Made by a program: the position numbers and the translations under genes. The notes beneath the pieces are model-generated. The model ran no database searches. It was not told the DNA's origin and saw only the letters and a list, made by a program, of their open reading frames with translations. Shown here piece after piece: positions 32,739-41,880 of a stretch of 64,000 bases of DNA. The stretch is taken from the NCBI GenBank assembly GCA_903856085.1, contig CAIOAT010000044.1, forward strand, positions 25,402 through 89,401. The letters run 5' to 3'. The stretch comes from Candidatus Omnitrophota bacterium (GTDB lineage Bacteria > Omnitrophota > Omnitrophia > Omnitrophales > Aquincolibacteriaceae). Numbering within the stretch: the stretch's first letter is position 1; every line of letters starts with the position of its first letter.

Positions 32739-33103
32739 ACTCGCTCTGGGACGGTTTTAATAAACGGAAATTTCCAAGGCTTCATCTGACCTGTGAGGTG
32801 GCGATCCAGCCGGTGGGTAAGCAAAAGGCCTTTACCGCAAGCACGGAGGATGTGGGGATGGGGGGTGTCTCGGTGATGCTTCCGGAGCCTTTGGAGCGGT
32901 TCGATCGTTGCAAAATCAGTCTGGAACTTAAGGACGGCGAGCCTCCTGTCCAGTGCACCGGACGTAGTGTGTGGGTGATTCCGAGCCAGGACCGGAAATC
33001 TTCAAAAAAGAATTTTGACATAGGCTTCGAGTTCCTGGATCTGGACGAACTCTCCCGTAAGCGTTTGAAAACCTTTATCACTCCGCCCCTAAAGAAAGCT
33101 TAA
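32735..33103 (+). CDS. PilZ domain protein (c-di-GMP receptor)
   Basis: RxxxR-like KRKFPRLHL and DxSxGG-like EDVGMGGVSV motifs; 122 aa. Confidence 0.7.
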   Translation: MNSLWDGFNKRKFPRLHLTCEVAIQPVGKQKAFTASTEDVGMGGVSVMLPEPLERFDRCKISLELKDGEPPVQCTGRSVWVIPSQDRKSSKKNFDIGFEFLDLDELSRKRLKTFITPPLKKA

Positions 33104-33118
33104 CCGGTTTTTCGACCG

Positions 33119-33622
33119 ATGGCTCAACTCTCCTCATTCGATATCGTTTCACAGATTGATCTTCAGGAAGTCGACAACGCAGTCAATCAGGCGAAGAAAG
33201 AGCTCCAGACCCGTTTCGATTTCAAAGGAAGTCAAAGTTCTGTGGAATTCCTTAAGGATGAGAAAGAGAAAAAAATACGGTTGATCGCGGATGACGATAT
33301 GAAGTTGCGGAATCTGCAGGATATTCTCAAGACGAGAATGGCTAGCCGGAAAATTTCTCAGAAGGCGCTCGATTTTAAAACCGCGGAGAAGGCCTTCGAC
33401 GGTTGTCTCCGGCAGGAAGTGACTCTCGCTCAGGGAATTTCCCAGGAGAAGGCCAAGGAAATCGTGAAGATCATCAAGGACCTTCCTGTGAAGGTTCAGG
33501 CGGCCATTCAGGGGGACGAAATCCGGGTCTCCTCAAAGAATAAAGATGATCTTCAGTTCGTGATCCAGCACCTGCGGACCGCACCCCTGACCCTGCCAAT
33601 TCAGTTTGTGAATTTTCGATAA
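33119..33622 (+). CDS. yajQ: YajQ/UPF0234 family nucleotide-binding protein
   Basis: N-terminal SFDIVSQIDLQEVDNAVNQAKKELQTRFDFKG, characteristic of YajQ; 167 aa. Confidence 0.85.
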   Translation: MAQLSSFDIVSQIDLQEVDNAVNQAKKELQTRFDFKGSQSSVEFLKDEKEKKIRLIADDDMKLRNLQDILKTRMASRKISQKALDFKTAEKAFDGCLRQEVTLAQGISQEKAKEIVKIIKDLPVKVQAAIQGDEIRVSSKNKDDLQFVIQHLRTAPLTLPIQFVNFR

Positions 33623-33884
33623 CCATTTTATCTATAATGGGTTACAACGTTTTATAGGTTGTTCCCCATCGGCTTTGTCAGTGGGTGGATTTCAGAGCAC
33701 CAGAAGGTCGTTTTTCGACAAAAAAATCACCTCGCTCCCTTGTAAAATCCAAAACCATGTGCTACTTTTCCCTTGTCTGACGATGTTTTAAATTAATTAA
33801 ACCCATAAAAAAGTCGATACATAACCAACGGAAAGTCTGGCTTTTTCCGGTAATGGCGAATGCGAAAAAATAAAGGAGGAAGCG

Positions 33885-34274
33885 ATGGAAAGAGATAAGC
33901 GCAAGTTCAAGCGCTTTGACGCGTACATGAGCGTGAAGTTCACCGGAACCGAAGCGACGTCTGTTAAAGGAATCGGGTTGAGCCGGGATCTTTGCCGCGA
34001 AGGGTTGCAAATCAATTCAGACAAGTCGCTTCAGGAAGGGACTCCATTGGATTTGGAGATCACAATCCCGGATGATCCGAAGCCTATTTTCAGCTCTGGG
34101 TTGGTTATGTGGTCAAGGCCTTCCGAGGGAACGGACCAGGGCTATGACCAGGGAGTTCGGCTGCTGAACATGGATCCGGTCGATAAATTCCGCGTCCTGG
34201 ATTATGCGTACAATCACTGGCTTGAAACTAAGGTCAATGACTACGCGGATCCCGAAAGCGTTCAGGAGTGGTAA
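33885..34274 (+). CDS. PilZ-like domain protein
   Basis: KRKFKRFDAYMSV (RxxxR) and GIGLSRDLCREGLQI segments; an AAAGGAGG RBS upstream. Confidence 0.55.
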   Translation: MERDKRKFKRFDAYMSVKFTGTEATSVKGIGLSRDLCREGLQINSDKSLQEGTPLDLEITIPDDPKPIFSSGLVMWSRPSEGTDQGYDQGVRLLNMDPVDKFRVLDYAYNHWLETKVNDYADPESVQEW

Positions 34275-34300
34275 GACAGGACTCTTGAGGGCGTTTTTTC
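34259..34300 (+). terminator. Intrinsic terminator after the PilZ-like gene
   Basis: Stem CAGGAGT (34263-34269) / ACTCTTG (34281-34287) with a G-U pair and an 11-nt loop, followed by GGGCG-TTTTTT (T-run 34294-34299). Confidence 0.5.
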
Positions 34301-34368
34301 TTAGTTTCCTTTCCCTCTGTCTGAGACAGTCTTTTGGTATTTTACGGTTTAAAAGTTCTGCAGCTTCA

Positions 34369-34400
34369 GGGGGCGCCTCCGGCGCCCCTTGCTTATTTCC
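34369..34400. terminator. GC-rich perfect palindrome hairpin GGGGGCGCC-tcc-GGCGCCCC followed by a T-rich tract
   Basis: 8-9 bp GC stem with a 3-nt loop, then TTGCTTATTT. It lies in the 240-bp leader upstream of the cNMP-patatin gene and could be a second terminator or an attenuator. Confidence 0.4.
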
Positions 34401-34514
34401 GTGCCTGAGGTTTATTCCCTGACGGGTCACAAGGATTGCCCCAATCTCTGCTTTGCTTCGATTGATGGGTATTGGGACTGTAAGGTGAATTGTCTTTCCT
34501 GCCGATAATCCGCC

Positions 34515-36548
34515 ATGATGAATTTTTTCTCTTTTTGGAAAAAAATAAAGCCTGAGGTGAAAGAAGGGTATCTCGCGGAATCGATATCTCTTTTTTCATC
34601 CCTAACGTCGGACGAACAAACCCTGATCGAGCAGCATTCTCGATTGGTGGGGTTTAAACGTGGCGACATCGTTTATGAAGAGGGGGCGGTGCCCGACGCC
34701 TTCTATATTATTATTTCGGGGCGCTTTCGCCTTTTCACCCGCGCTCGCGGTCCAGAAAAGGAGTCTACGCTTCTTTTTTTCTATCGCGGAGAGCATTTTG
34801 GCGAAACCTCTCTTTTGACCGGTAGCGTTCATAGCGCGTCGGTAGAGGCTAAGACGGATGCCGTGGCGCTCAAGATCAGCGCCGAAAGTTTTCAGCAGCT
34901 TCTTCAGAAGATTCCGGCACTGGCGCTTCATCTAAGTCGCTCTCTTGGGCGGCATCTGACCCGGGAAGAGTTGGGGTACAGTCATCACCGGCGTGAGGTC
35001 CGCATTGCGGCTTTCTATTTTGCGGCTTCCACCGAGGGGATGGCGTGCTTCCTCATGGATTTCATCAAGACCTTACGGCGTGAGACCCAAAGTAAGGTGT
35101 TGCTTCTGGACCTCTCGGGAAAATTAAAGAATCTTCTTCCGGCGGAGTTCCGCCGTGGCGATGCTTCTGGATTCGATCTTAAAACAATGGATCCGTCCAA
35201 TGAATTATCGATTCAAAGGTCCATTCTGGCCCATGAAACTAGCTTTGATCTCCTGTCTTTTGCAGTGAATGCGGCCTTGGACGAGGATGAAAAGAAATTC
35301 ACGACACTCCTGACCTATTTGACCTACCGTTATGACTATCTCGTGCTCTGTCTGCCGGACCGCAATACCCCCGTCGCCGTTAAGGCCCTCAATTACTCAG
35401 ATCGTGTTTATCTTTGGGCGGAAAAAAGAACGGATGTTTTTACATTTGCTTCTAAAAAAGCAGGAGAGCTCTGTCAGGACTTCGGCTTTAGCAAAAACGA
35501 GATCAAGATCATCATGCCATCCCAGGAGGGGAAGGCTTTTTCTGCGGACGGTCTGGGTGTAGCTGCGGAGATACAGCTCTTTTCCACGCTTCCATCGCTT
35601 CAATATCAGCGGTATCAGTACGAAAAGACCATGACCTTTTTGGCGAAGGAATGGTCGGAACGGTTGGTGGGGTTGGTCTTGGGCAGTGGCGCCGCGTACG
35701 GTCTTTCGCACATTGGGGTGCTTCGGGTTCTGGAACAAGAGAAGATCCCCGTGGACGTTCTCGCGGGCTCTAGTATCGGAGCTCTTATCGGTACGCTATG
35801 GGCTGCCGGTTATGATTCGCATGAGATAGAAAAGATCGCTAAATCTCTGCACAAGAAGAATGCGTTCTTCAAGCTGCTGGGATTTCGGGACATTTCGGCG
35901 ATCCACCGCGGATTTTTTAAGGGCAATCAGATCACTCAATTTCTGTCTGCGTATTTGAAAGATATGACCTTCTTGGATCTTAAGGTTCCAGTCAAGGTAG
36001 TGGCCACGGACCTTTTAACCTCAGAAGAGGTGGTGTTAGACTCCGGGAGTGTGCTCAACGCGGTCCGCGCATCGATCTCGATTCCAGGTTTTCTGCGTCC
36101 TTATCCTTATAAGGGAAGTTATCTGATCGACGGCGGAATCGTGGATCCTTTGCCGGTGAAAATCCTTTCTAATATGGGCGTTCGCAAGATCATTGCGGTC
36201 AATGTCCTGCCGGCTCCCAAAGATCTGATCGAGCGAAATGAGCTGCGGCGCAAGGCTTTTCACCAGGGGTTCCAGCGGCGGGGCTATTGGCAACGAATCG
36301 TGATGAAGACTCTGGACCGCGTCCAGCGGCGCTATACCGCCAACATCTTTAACGTCATGATGAATTCCATCATGTTTACCGAATTCGAGATCGCGCGCAT
36401 GGCAGGAAGTGAAGCCGATGTTTTTATCCACGCGGCTGTCCCCGATGCTCACTGGATCGAATTTTTTTCAGCGGACAAATTTATCGATGAAGGCGTGAAG
36501 AAGACTCGTGAACAGCTGGCGGACATACGCCAGCTTCTGCTAGAATAA
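34515..36548 (+). CDS. Cyclic-nucleotide-binding domain fused to a patatin-like phospholipase
   Basis: cNMP-binding signature GEHFGETSLL...ASVEA. Patatin motifs GLVLGSGAAYGLSHIGV (GxGxxG), GSSIGALIG (GxSxG) and DGGIVDPLP (catalytic Asp). Confidence 0.85.
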   Translation: MMNFFSFWKKIKPEVKEGYLAESISLFSSLTSDEQTLIEQHSRLVGFKRGDIVYEEGAVPDAFYIIISGRFRLFTRARGPEKESTLLFFYRGEHFGETSLLTGSVHSASVEAKTDAVALKISAESFQQLLQKIPALALHLSRSLGRHLTREELGYSHHRREVRIAAFYFAASTEGMACFLMDFIKTLRRETQSKVLLLDLSGKLKNLLPAEFRRGDASGFDLKTMDPSNELSIQRSILAHETSFDLLSFAVNAALDEDEKKFTTLLTYLTYRYDYLVLCLPDRNTPVAVKALNYSDRVYLWAEKRTDVFTFASKKAGELCQDFGFSKNEIKIIMPSQEGKAFSADGLGVAAEIQLFSTLPSLQYQRYQYEKTMTFLAKEWSERLVGLVLGSGAAYGLSHIGVLRVLEQEKIPVDVLAGSSIGALIGTLWAAGYDSHEIEKIAKSLHKKNAFFKLLGFRDISAIHRGFFKGNQITQFLSAYLKDMTFLDLKVPVKVVATDLLTSEEVVLDSGSVLNAVRASISIPGFLRPYPYKGSYLIDGGIVDPLPVKILSNMGVRKIIAVNVLPAPKDLIERNELRRKAFHQGFQRRGYWQRIVMKTLDRVQRRYTANIFNVMMNSIMFTEFEIARMAGSEADVFIHAAVPDAHWIEFFSADKFIDEGVKKTREQLADIRQLLLE

Positions 36549-36586
36549 GTCCTCAGAACTGTGTAACCTCAGCGGAGAATTCTTGA

Positions 36587-37774
36587 ATGAAAGAGATCGT
36601 CATCGCCGGTGCGGTCCGAACGGCTCAAGCGAAATTGGGCGGGGCTTTTAAGGATCTTACAAATCAAAAGCTTGGGGAGGTCATCCTTCGAGGGCTTTTG
36701 GAACGCACGCATCTGGATCCGAAAGCCGTGGACGAGGTTATATTTGGTTGCGTGGGACAGCAATCGGATGCCCATAATGTGGCTCGTGTCATTGCTTTGA
36801 TGGCTGGTATCCCGCAGTCGGTTCCAGCCTTTACCGTCAACAGGAATTGCGCTTCAGGGATGCAGGCGATTGTGAGTGCGGCCCAGATGATCCTGGCGGG
36901 GGATGCTGATCTGGTGGTGGCGGGCGGGGTCGAGGTGATGTCCTCGTTGCCATTCGTCAACCGTGATCTTCGATTTGGGAAAAAGCTTCGTGATTCCAAA
37001 ATGATTGATTCTCTTTGGGAAGGCCTCCGGGATCCTGTGTCTGGAATGATGATGGGAGAAACTGCGGAGGTTTTGGCTGAAGAATTCAAGATCAGTCGAG
37101 CAGCGCAAGATGAATTCGCGCTTGAATCGCACAAAAAAGCTGTTCAGGCCGTGCAATCCGGCAAGTTCAAGGCCGAGATCCTTCCGGTGATTTTGCCTCC
37201 GAGGTCTAAACGGGATAAAACTCAGGAGATCTTCATCGATGATGAAAGCCCCAATCCGGCATTGACCCTCCAAGAACTTCAAGGCTATTCGTCCGTTTTT
37301 AAAGAACAGGGGACTGTGACAGCCGGAAATTCGTGTCCTATTTCAGACGGTGCCGCCGCGGTACTGGTGACCCATCGGGGCAAGGCCGAAGAGCTTGGTT
37401 TGCAGGTCCTCGCGACGCTCCGGAGCTGGGCTTTTAGTGGAGTGGATCCTCGGCGCATGGGGATTGGTCCCGTGGATTCGACCCGGAAGGCGCTTCAAAA
37501 AGCAAAGCTTGTCATGAGGGATATCAATCTTGTGGAGATTAATGAGGCTTTTGCGGCGCAGTGTTGTGCGGTGGAAAGGGCGCTTGCGATTGACCGCTCA
37601 ATCGTCAATGTGAATGGCGGGGCGATCGCGTTGGGTCATCCTGTCGGTGCCACAGGGGTGAGGATTGTTGTGACCTTGCTTCATGAGATGAAAAGACGAA
37701 ATTCCTCCTTGGGACTGGTCTCTCTTTGTATTGGCGGCGGACAGGGTGGTAGCATGATCTTGGAGCGTCAGTAG
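36587..37774 (+). CDS. Acetyl-CoA C-acyltransferase (thiolase)
   Basis: Active-site Cys in NRNCASGMQA, NVNGGAIALGHPVGATGVR, CIGGGQG. Confidence 0.9.
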   Translation: MKEIVIAGAVRTAQAKLGGAFKDLTNQKLGEVILRGLLERTHLDPKAVDEVIFGCVGQQSDAHNVARVIALMAGIPQSVPAFTVNRNCASGMQAIVSAAQMILAGDADLVVAGGVEVMSSLPFVNRDLRFGKKLRDSKMIDSLWEGLRDPVSGMMMGETAEVLAEEFKISRAAQDEFALESHKKAVQAVQSGKFKAEILPVILPPRSKRDKTQEIFIDDESPNPALTLQELQGYSSVFKEQGTVTAGNSCPISDGAAAVLVTHRGKAEELGLQVLATLRSWAFSGVDPRRMGIGPVDSTRKALQKAKLVMRDINLVEINEAFAAQCCAVERALAIDRSIVNVNGGAIALGHPVGATGVRIVVTLLHEMKRRNSSLGLVSLCIGGGQGGSMILERQ

Positions 37775-37867
37775 GCCAAAAAAATAGTGCTTTAGTTTCA
37801 TAGGACGATATATAATAATACCCTGATTTTTTAAAACCACATTTGCACCTCCTGGGGGCTACTCGTT

Positions 37868-38707
37868 ATGAAAAAGAGTTTGGGTTTTGCATTTTTGATC
37901 TTAGCATTGATTCATTGCGGAGCTTCGGCGCCCCGCCAAGGGGGAACCGGCGATGTGGCGGGAACTCCTAAAAAGGCCGGAAGTAGTAAGGCGTCAGTTT
38001 CACCCCAAGGTTTTGCGGCAGATCAGATTATGAAATTCTTTGGTCGCAAGACCGGCAATGACCTCATGATCGAAAAAAAGAGCAAGAAGCAAGAAAATGC
38101 GACTGTGTCTTCAAAGGGTGTGGCAAACACGGCCAAGGGGTTTGACTTGCCGCCTAAACCCATGTCTCGGTATGCATCGAGCCCTACGAAAGCTACGGGG
38201 ATTGATGTGCCAGCGCCGGCTTTTCAACTCCCTTCGAAGCCTGTGCCTGGAAATGTTTCGGGTATCCTGAAAAGTCAAAAAAGAGTGGTGCCAGCACCTG
38301 TTTTTCAGATGCCGGCTAAGCCCGTGCCTGTGAATGTGCCGAGTGTTATGAAGGTGAAAAAAATCGTGATTCCGCCACCTCAGGCGATGGGTCCTTCGGT
38401 TGTGGCAATCCGCGAAGAGATCCAAAAGATCTTTAGCTTGAATAAGTCGATTAGCCAGATGAATGCAAAACGGGCTGCTCAAATCGCTAAGGCTCAGGGA
38501 AAAGCGAGTGTTCATGAAAAAATTCTGGATGTGAAAGGAGACACGCAGAAGCCGTCCGTTGGTCGAGGGATGCCTGGTAAAAGTGAACTTTTGGCGCAGG
38601 AAAAATTACGTAGCGCTCATGAAGAAATCCAGCGCAATGCTCAAATGACCGATGAGCTCAATGGAATTCCCACTGTCGCGGGCCCAGAACCAGAAAAAAA
38701 ATCATAG
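37868..38707 (+). CDS. Secreted proline-rich protein with tandem PAPxFQxPxKPVPxNV repeats
   Basis: Signal peptide MKKSLGFAFLILALIHCGASA and two ~27-aa repeats at 38210-38370. Confidence 0.5.
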   Translation: MKKSLGFAFLILALIHCGASAPRQGGTGDVAGTPKKAGSSKASVSPQGFAADQIMKFFGRKTGNDLMIEKKSKKQENATVSSKGVANTAKGFDLPPKPMSRYASSPTKATGIDVPAPAFQLPSKPVPGNVSGILKSQKRVVPAPVFQMPAKPVPVNVPSVMKVKKIVIPPPQAMGPSVVAIREEIQKIFSLNKSISQMNAKRAAQIAKAQGKASVHEKILDVKGDTQKPSVGRGMPGKSELLAQEKLRSAHEEIQRNAQMTDELNGIPTVAGPEPEKKS

Positions 38708-38731
38708 GCCACGCTTCCTGAGAGATGGCCC

Positions 38732-40603
38732 ATGGCCCTGAAGCGTTCTGGATTTCCGACAGATTGCGTCGAAGAAAATGGTAATCTAGTCCAGGTTTTC
38801 CGGGAACGTGCCCGTTTTTTTGGATCCAAGAAAGCCATTTTTTATAAGGTCCAAGGCGAATACGCCGGCTCGTACAGCTGGCAGGATTGGATGAAGATCG
38901 TCCGGGAAACCGCGATGGCTCTCCATTCGCTCGGCATACGTAAAGGCGACCATGTGGGGATTCTTTCGGAGAATAGTCCCGAATGGACTTTCGCCGATCT
39001 CGGGATTTTGAGCCTCGGCGCCGTGACTGTGCCCCTCTACCCTACCGCCTCTCTCGAGGACATTCGCTATATCATCGATCACGCCGATCTCAAGGCACTC
39101 TTCGTTTCTACGGAGGAACAATACCGCAAGATCGAAGGATTTAAATCAAAGTTTCTTCCGGCGGGCATTATCCTTTTTACTCCGGGTGGGGTGGGAGATG
39201 TTCCTGCCCTTGCAACGTTTCGAGAGATGGGGCGTTGCCATGATCTCAATCATGGCGATCTCTATGAGCAATGCGTTAGAAACGTTGGGCCAGATGATCT
39301 TGCGACTATTATTTATACCTCCGGCACGACTGGCGCTCCCAAGGGCGTGATGTTGACGCACCGGAATTTTATCGCGAATTATCAGGGCTCCTTCCAGCGT
39401 ATCCAGATCGACGACCGGGATTCCGTCCTGTCATTCCTTCCACTCAGCCACGTCTTTGAACGTCTGGCAGGCTATTATTATCAAGCTGCTTACGGAGTTT
39501 CGATCGCCTACGCCGAAAGTTTCATGACCGTTGCGGAAGATATCCGGAAGGTGAAACCAACTATTGTGGTAGCGGTGCCGAGGTTCTATGAAAAGACCTA
39601 TGCTCGGATCCTGGAAAAGGTCCAAAAGGCGCCTGTTTGGAAGCAGCGGCTTTTTTACTGGTCGGTTCGCATCGGGACAAAGACTGCGCAGATGAGGATG
39701 CGCGGGCATTCTGTTCCGATCTGGCTTGCTTTTTATAACTGGATCGCCAAGAGGGTCGTCTTTAACAAAATCAAACAAGCCATGGGCGGGCGCATCCGTT
39801 TTTTTATCTCGGGCGGCGCGCCGCTTTCCCGGGACCTGGCACGGTTCTTCTACGCGGCGGATATCATGATCTTGGAAGGCTATGGTCTGACAGAGACATC
39901 GCCTGTGATCGCGGTTAATGCCCTCGATGATTTCAGATTCGGAACTGTGGGAAAACCCATCGCCGGGATCCGTGTTAAGATCGCAGAAGATGGCGAAATT
40001 CTGACTCAAGGACCCTGCGTGATGAAAGGTTATTACAATAATCCTCAGGCGACAGCCGATTGCATTAAGGGAGGTTGGTTTCACACGGGAGATATTGGTC
40101 ACTTTGATGATGAAGGATTTCTGCATATCACGGATCGCAAAAAAGACATCATTGTTACTTCGGGAGGAAAGAACGTTTCCCCTCAAAATATTGAAGGGCG
40201 CATCCTCGGAGACAATCTCTTTTTTCAGGCCATTGTGCTAGGGGACAAACGGCCCTACCTTTGTGCCCTGCTTGTTCCCCATAAGCAGGAGATTCTCCGT
40301 TATGCCGAGCAACACCGCATCAGCGATCTCTCCTATGAGAAACTTCTGGAGCATTCTGGAATTCAGGCTTGGGTCCGTGAACGGCTTGAAAAACGCATGG
40401 AAGGTTTGGCGGGTTTTGAGACGGTGAGAGCTTTTATCCTCCTGCCGCAGGAGTTCACCCTGGCCTCAGGAGAAATGACGCCGACCCTGAAGATCAAGCG
40501 CCGCGTCGTGATGAAAGAGTATCAAAAGGCGATCGACGAACTTTACCGCAAGACCGACCATGAATGGGGGAAGCGGCAATCCTCCTCGGCAAGCGCATCG
40601 TGA
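38732..40603 (+). CDS. Long-chain fatty-acid--CoA ligase (AMP-binding)
   Basis: IYTSGTTGAPKGVMLTHRN AMP-binding motif, GYGLTETS, and the ITDRKKD/KIKRR C-terminal motifs. Confidence 0.88.
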   Translation: MALKRSGFPTDCVEENGNLVQVFRERARFFGSKKAIFYKVQGEYAGSYSWQDWMKIVRETAMALHSLGIRKGDHVGILSENSPEWTFADLGILSLGAVTVPLYPTASLEDIRYIIDHADLKALFVSTEEQYRKIEGFKSKFLPAGIILFTPGGVGDVPALATFREMGRCHDLNHGDLYEQCVRNVGPDDLATIIYTSGTTGAPKGVMLTHRNFIANYQGSFQRIQIDDRDSVLSFLPLSHVFERLAGYYYQAAYGVSIAYAESFMTVAEDIRKVKPTIVVAVPRFYEKTYARILEKVQKAPVWKQRLFYWSVRIGTKTAQMRMRGHSVPIWLAFYNWIAKRVVFNKIKQAMGGRIRFFISGGAPLSRDLARFFYAADIMILEGYGLTETSPVIAVNALDDFRFGTVGKPIAGIRVKIAEDGEILTQGPCVMKGYYNNPQATADCIKGGWFHTGDIGHFDDEGFLHITDRKKDIIVTSGGKNVSPQNIEGRILGDNLFFQAIVLGDKRPYLCALLVPHKQEILRYAEQHRISDLSYEKLLEHSGIQAWVRERLEKRMEGLAGFETVRAFILLPQEFTLASGEMTPTLKIKRRVVMKEYQKAIDELYRKTDHEWGKRQSSSASAS

Positions 40604-40616
40604 GAGCTCGCCCGTT

Positions 40617-41453
40617 ATGATTTCGAATTGGATCCAGAATTACTTTACAAGCCGGGATGGAACAAAGATCTTCTACCGTTTTTATCCGGTGTCCGGGGCG
40701 CGGCATACTGTGATCATGCTTCACGGTTACGGAGAGCATTCCGGACGTTATGAAAAGTTCCCAATCAGAATGGGGCGCCTTTCTGCGCAGTTTGCGGTGA
40801 TGGATCTTCGTGGCATGGGGAAGTCTGGAGGCCCGCGAGGCGATATCAGGTCTTTTGACGATTATTTGCAGGATGTCTCCGGGTTTGTGGAGCATCTCCG
40901 TGCAACCTATGCTATTCCCAAGAAGTTCATCTTGTTCGGACACAGTATGGGAGGCCTTGTCGCTGTGTATTGGGCCATGAAAAATCCGGAAGCCGTGAAG
41001 TTATTGATTCTTTCCGCGCCGTTCTTAGGACTCAAATTTTCGCGGTTCATTTCTCTGGTGAATCATCTCTTGCTTGCTTTCGCGCCTCGTTTTGTTTATC
41101 GCAATCCCGTGAGTTCTAAAGCGCTGAGTCATGACCCAGCCGAGATGGCGATCCATCGGAAGGATCCTCTGATCCTTCGTTATATCTCCGCCCGGTTGAT
41201 CGGAGAGATTTTCCGACGCACGGAAACGATGCGGACGCAGCCAATCCTTTCGATCCCATTTCCGGTCCATATGCTTGTGTCTGGGGAAGAGTACGTTGTA
41301 GATCCCAAGGCCTCCAGGCGTTTCTTTGATCGCCTTGTGGCGCCACGTAAAGACCGCACCTGTTTTGATGGTTTTTACCATGAGCTCTTTAACGAGAGGG
41401 AACAACAGAAGGCCTTCAATGTTTTGAAGACAATTATCGAAGATTGTGTATAA
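40617..41453 (+). CDS. Alpha/beta hydrolase, lysophospholipase/monoacylglycerol lipase-like
   Basis: HGYGEHSGRY and nucleophile elbow GHSMGG. The ATG at 40617 lies just past the upstream stop; the track start at 40560 overlaps. Confidence 0.8.
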   Translation: MISNWIQNYFTSRDGTKIFYRFYPVSGARHTVIMLHGYGEHSGRYEKFPIRMGRLSAQFAVMDLRGMGKSGGPRGDIRSFDDYLQDVSGFVEHLRATYAIPKKFILFGHSMGGLVAVYWAMKNPEAVKLLILSAPFLGLKFSRFISLVNHLLLAFAPRFVYRNPVSSKALSHDPAEMAIHRKDPLILRYISARLIGEIFRRTETMRTQPILSIPFPVHMLVSGEEYVVDPKASRRFFDRLVAPRKDRTCFDGFYHELFNEREQQKAFNVLKTIIEDCV

Positions 41454-41495
41454 TACCGCCCTGTTGCTTTGGATTTTCCCGCCTAATTTTGTTGT

Positions 41496-41568
41496 GGGCC
41501 TGTAGCTCAGCTGGTAGAGCGCTGCATTCGCATTGCAGAGGCCAGGAGTTCGACTCTCCTCAGGTCCA
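41496..41568 (+). tRNA. tRNA-Ala (anticodon CGC)
   Basis: 73-nt cloverleaf: acceptor GGGCCTG/CAGGTCC with the G3:U70 Ala identity pair, D-arm GCTC/GAGC, anticodon stem CTGCA/TGCAG with loop TTCGCAT, T-arm AGGAG/CTCCT with loop TTCGACT. There is no encoded CCA. Confidence 0.9.
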
Positions 41569-41590
41569 CTCTTTCCTTAATGCCTAAGAA

Positions 41591-41625
41591 GGACGAGTGC
41601 GCCGGTCCTCGTCATAATTTCTTGC
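41591..41625 (+). terminator. Weak hairpin after tRNA-Ala (GACGAG-N10-CTCGTC, then ATAATTTCTT)
   Basis: 6-bp stem at 41592-41597 / 41608-41613 followed by a T-rich tract. Confidence 0.3.
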
Positions 41626-41797
41626 CTTGATCGACTTGCGAGTACCGTCCCCATTTCAGACCTGCTGTAAAAGCTCATTTTTTGATAGAAAGAGCTTCTT
41701 TAAAGCCGGAGCTCTGTAAATAAAAAGCGACGCATTTTTTGCTGCAATTATTCACGTCCTTAGGCGGTCTGTTTAGGGATGCTTTTCCCCATAGCGC

Positions 41798-41826
41798 TTG
41801 TCAATACAGAGGGCGTGGGTTATCTT
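41798..41826 (+). promoter_or_regulatory. Candidate sigma70 promoter for G1: TTGTCA-17nt-TATCTT
   Basis: TTGTCA at 41798-41803, a 17-nt spacer, TATCTT at 41821-41826. The predicted 5'UTR is about 48 nt. It is flanked by a TCAATACA direct repeat. Confidence 0.3.
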
Positions 41827-41880
41827 TTATCAATACAAGCATTATAAAAGACTTAACCAATGAAGAGAGGATGACCCGTA

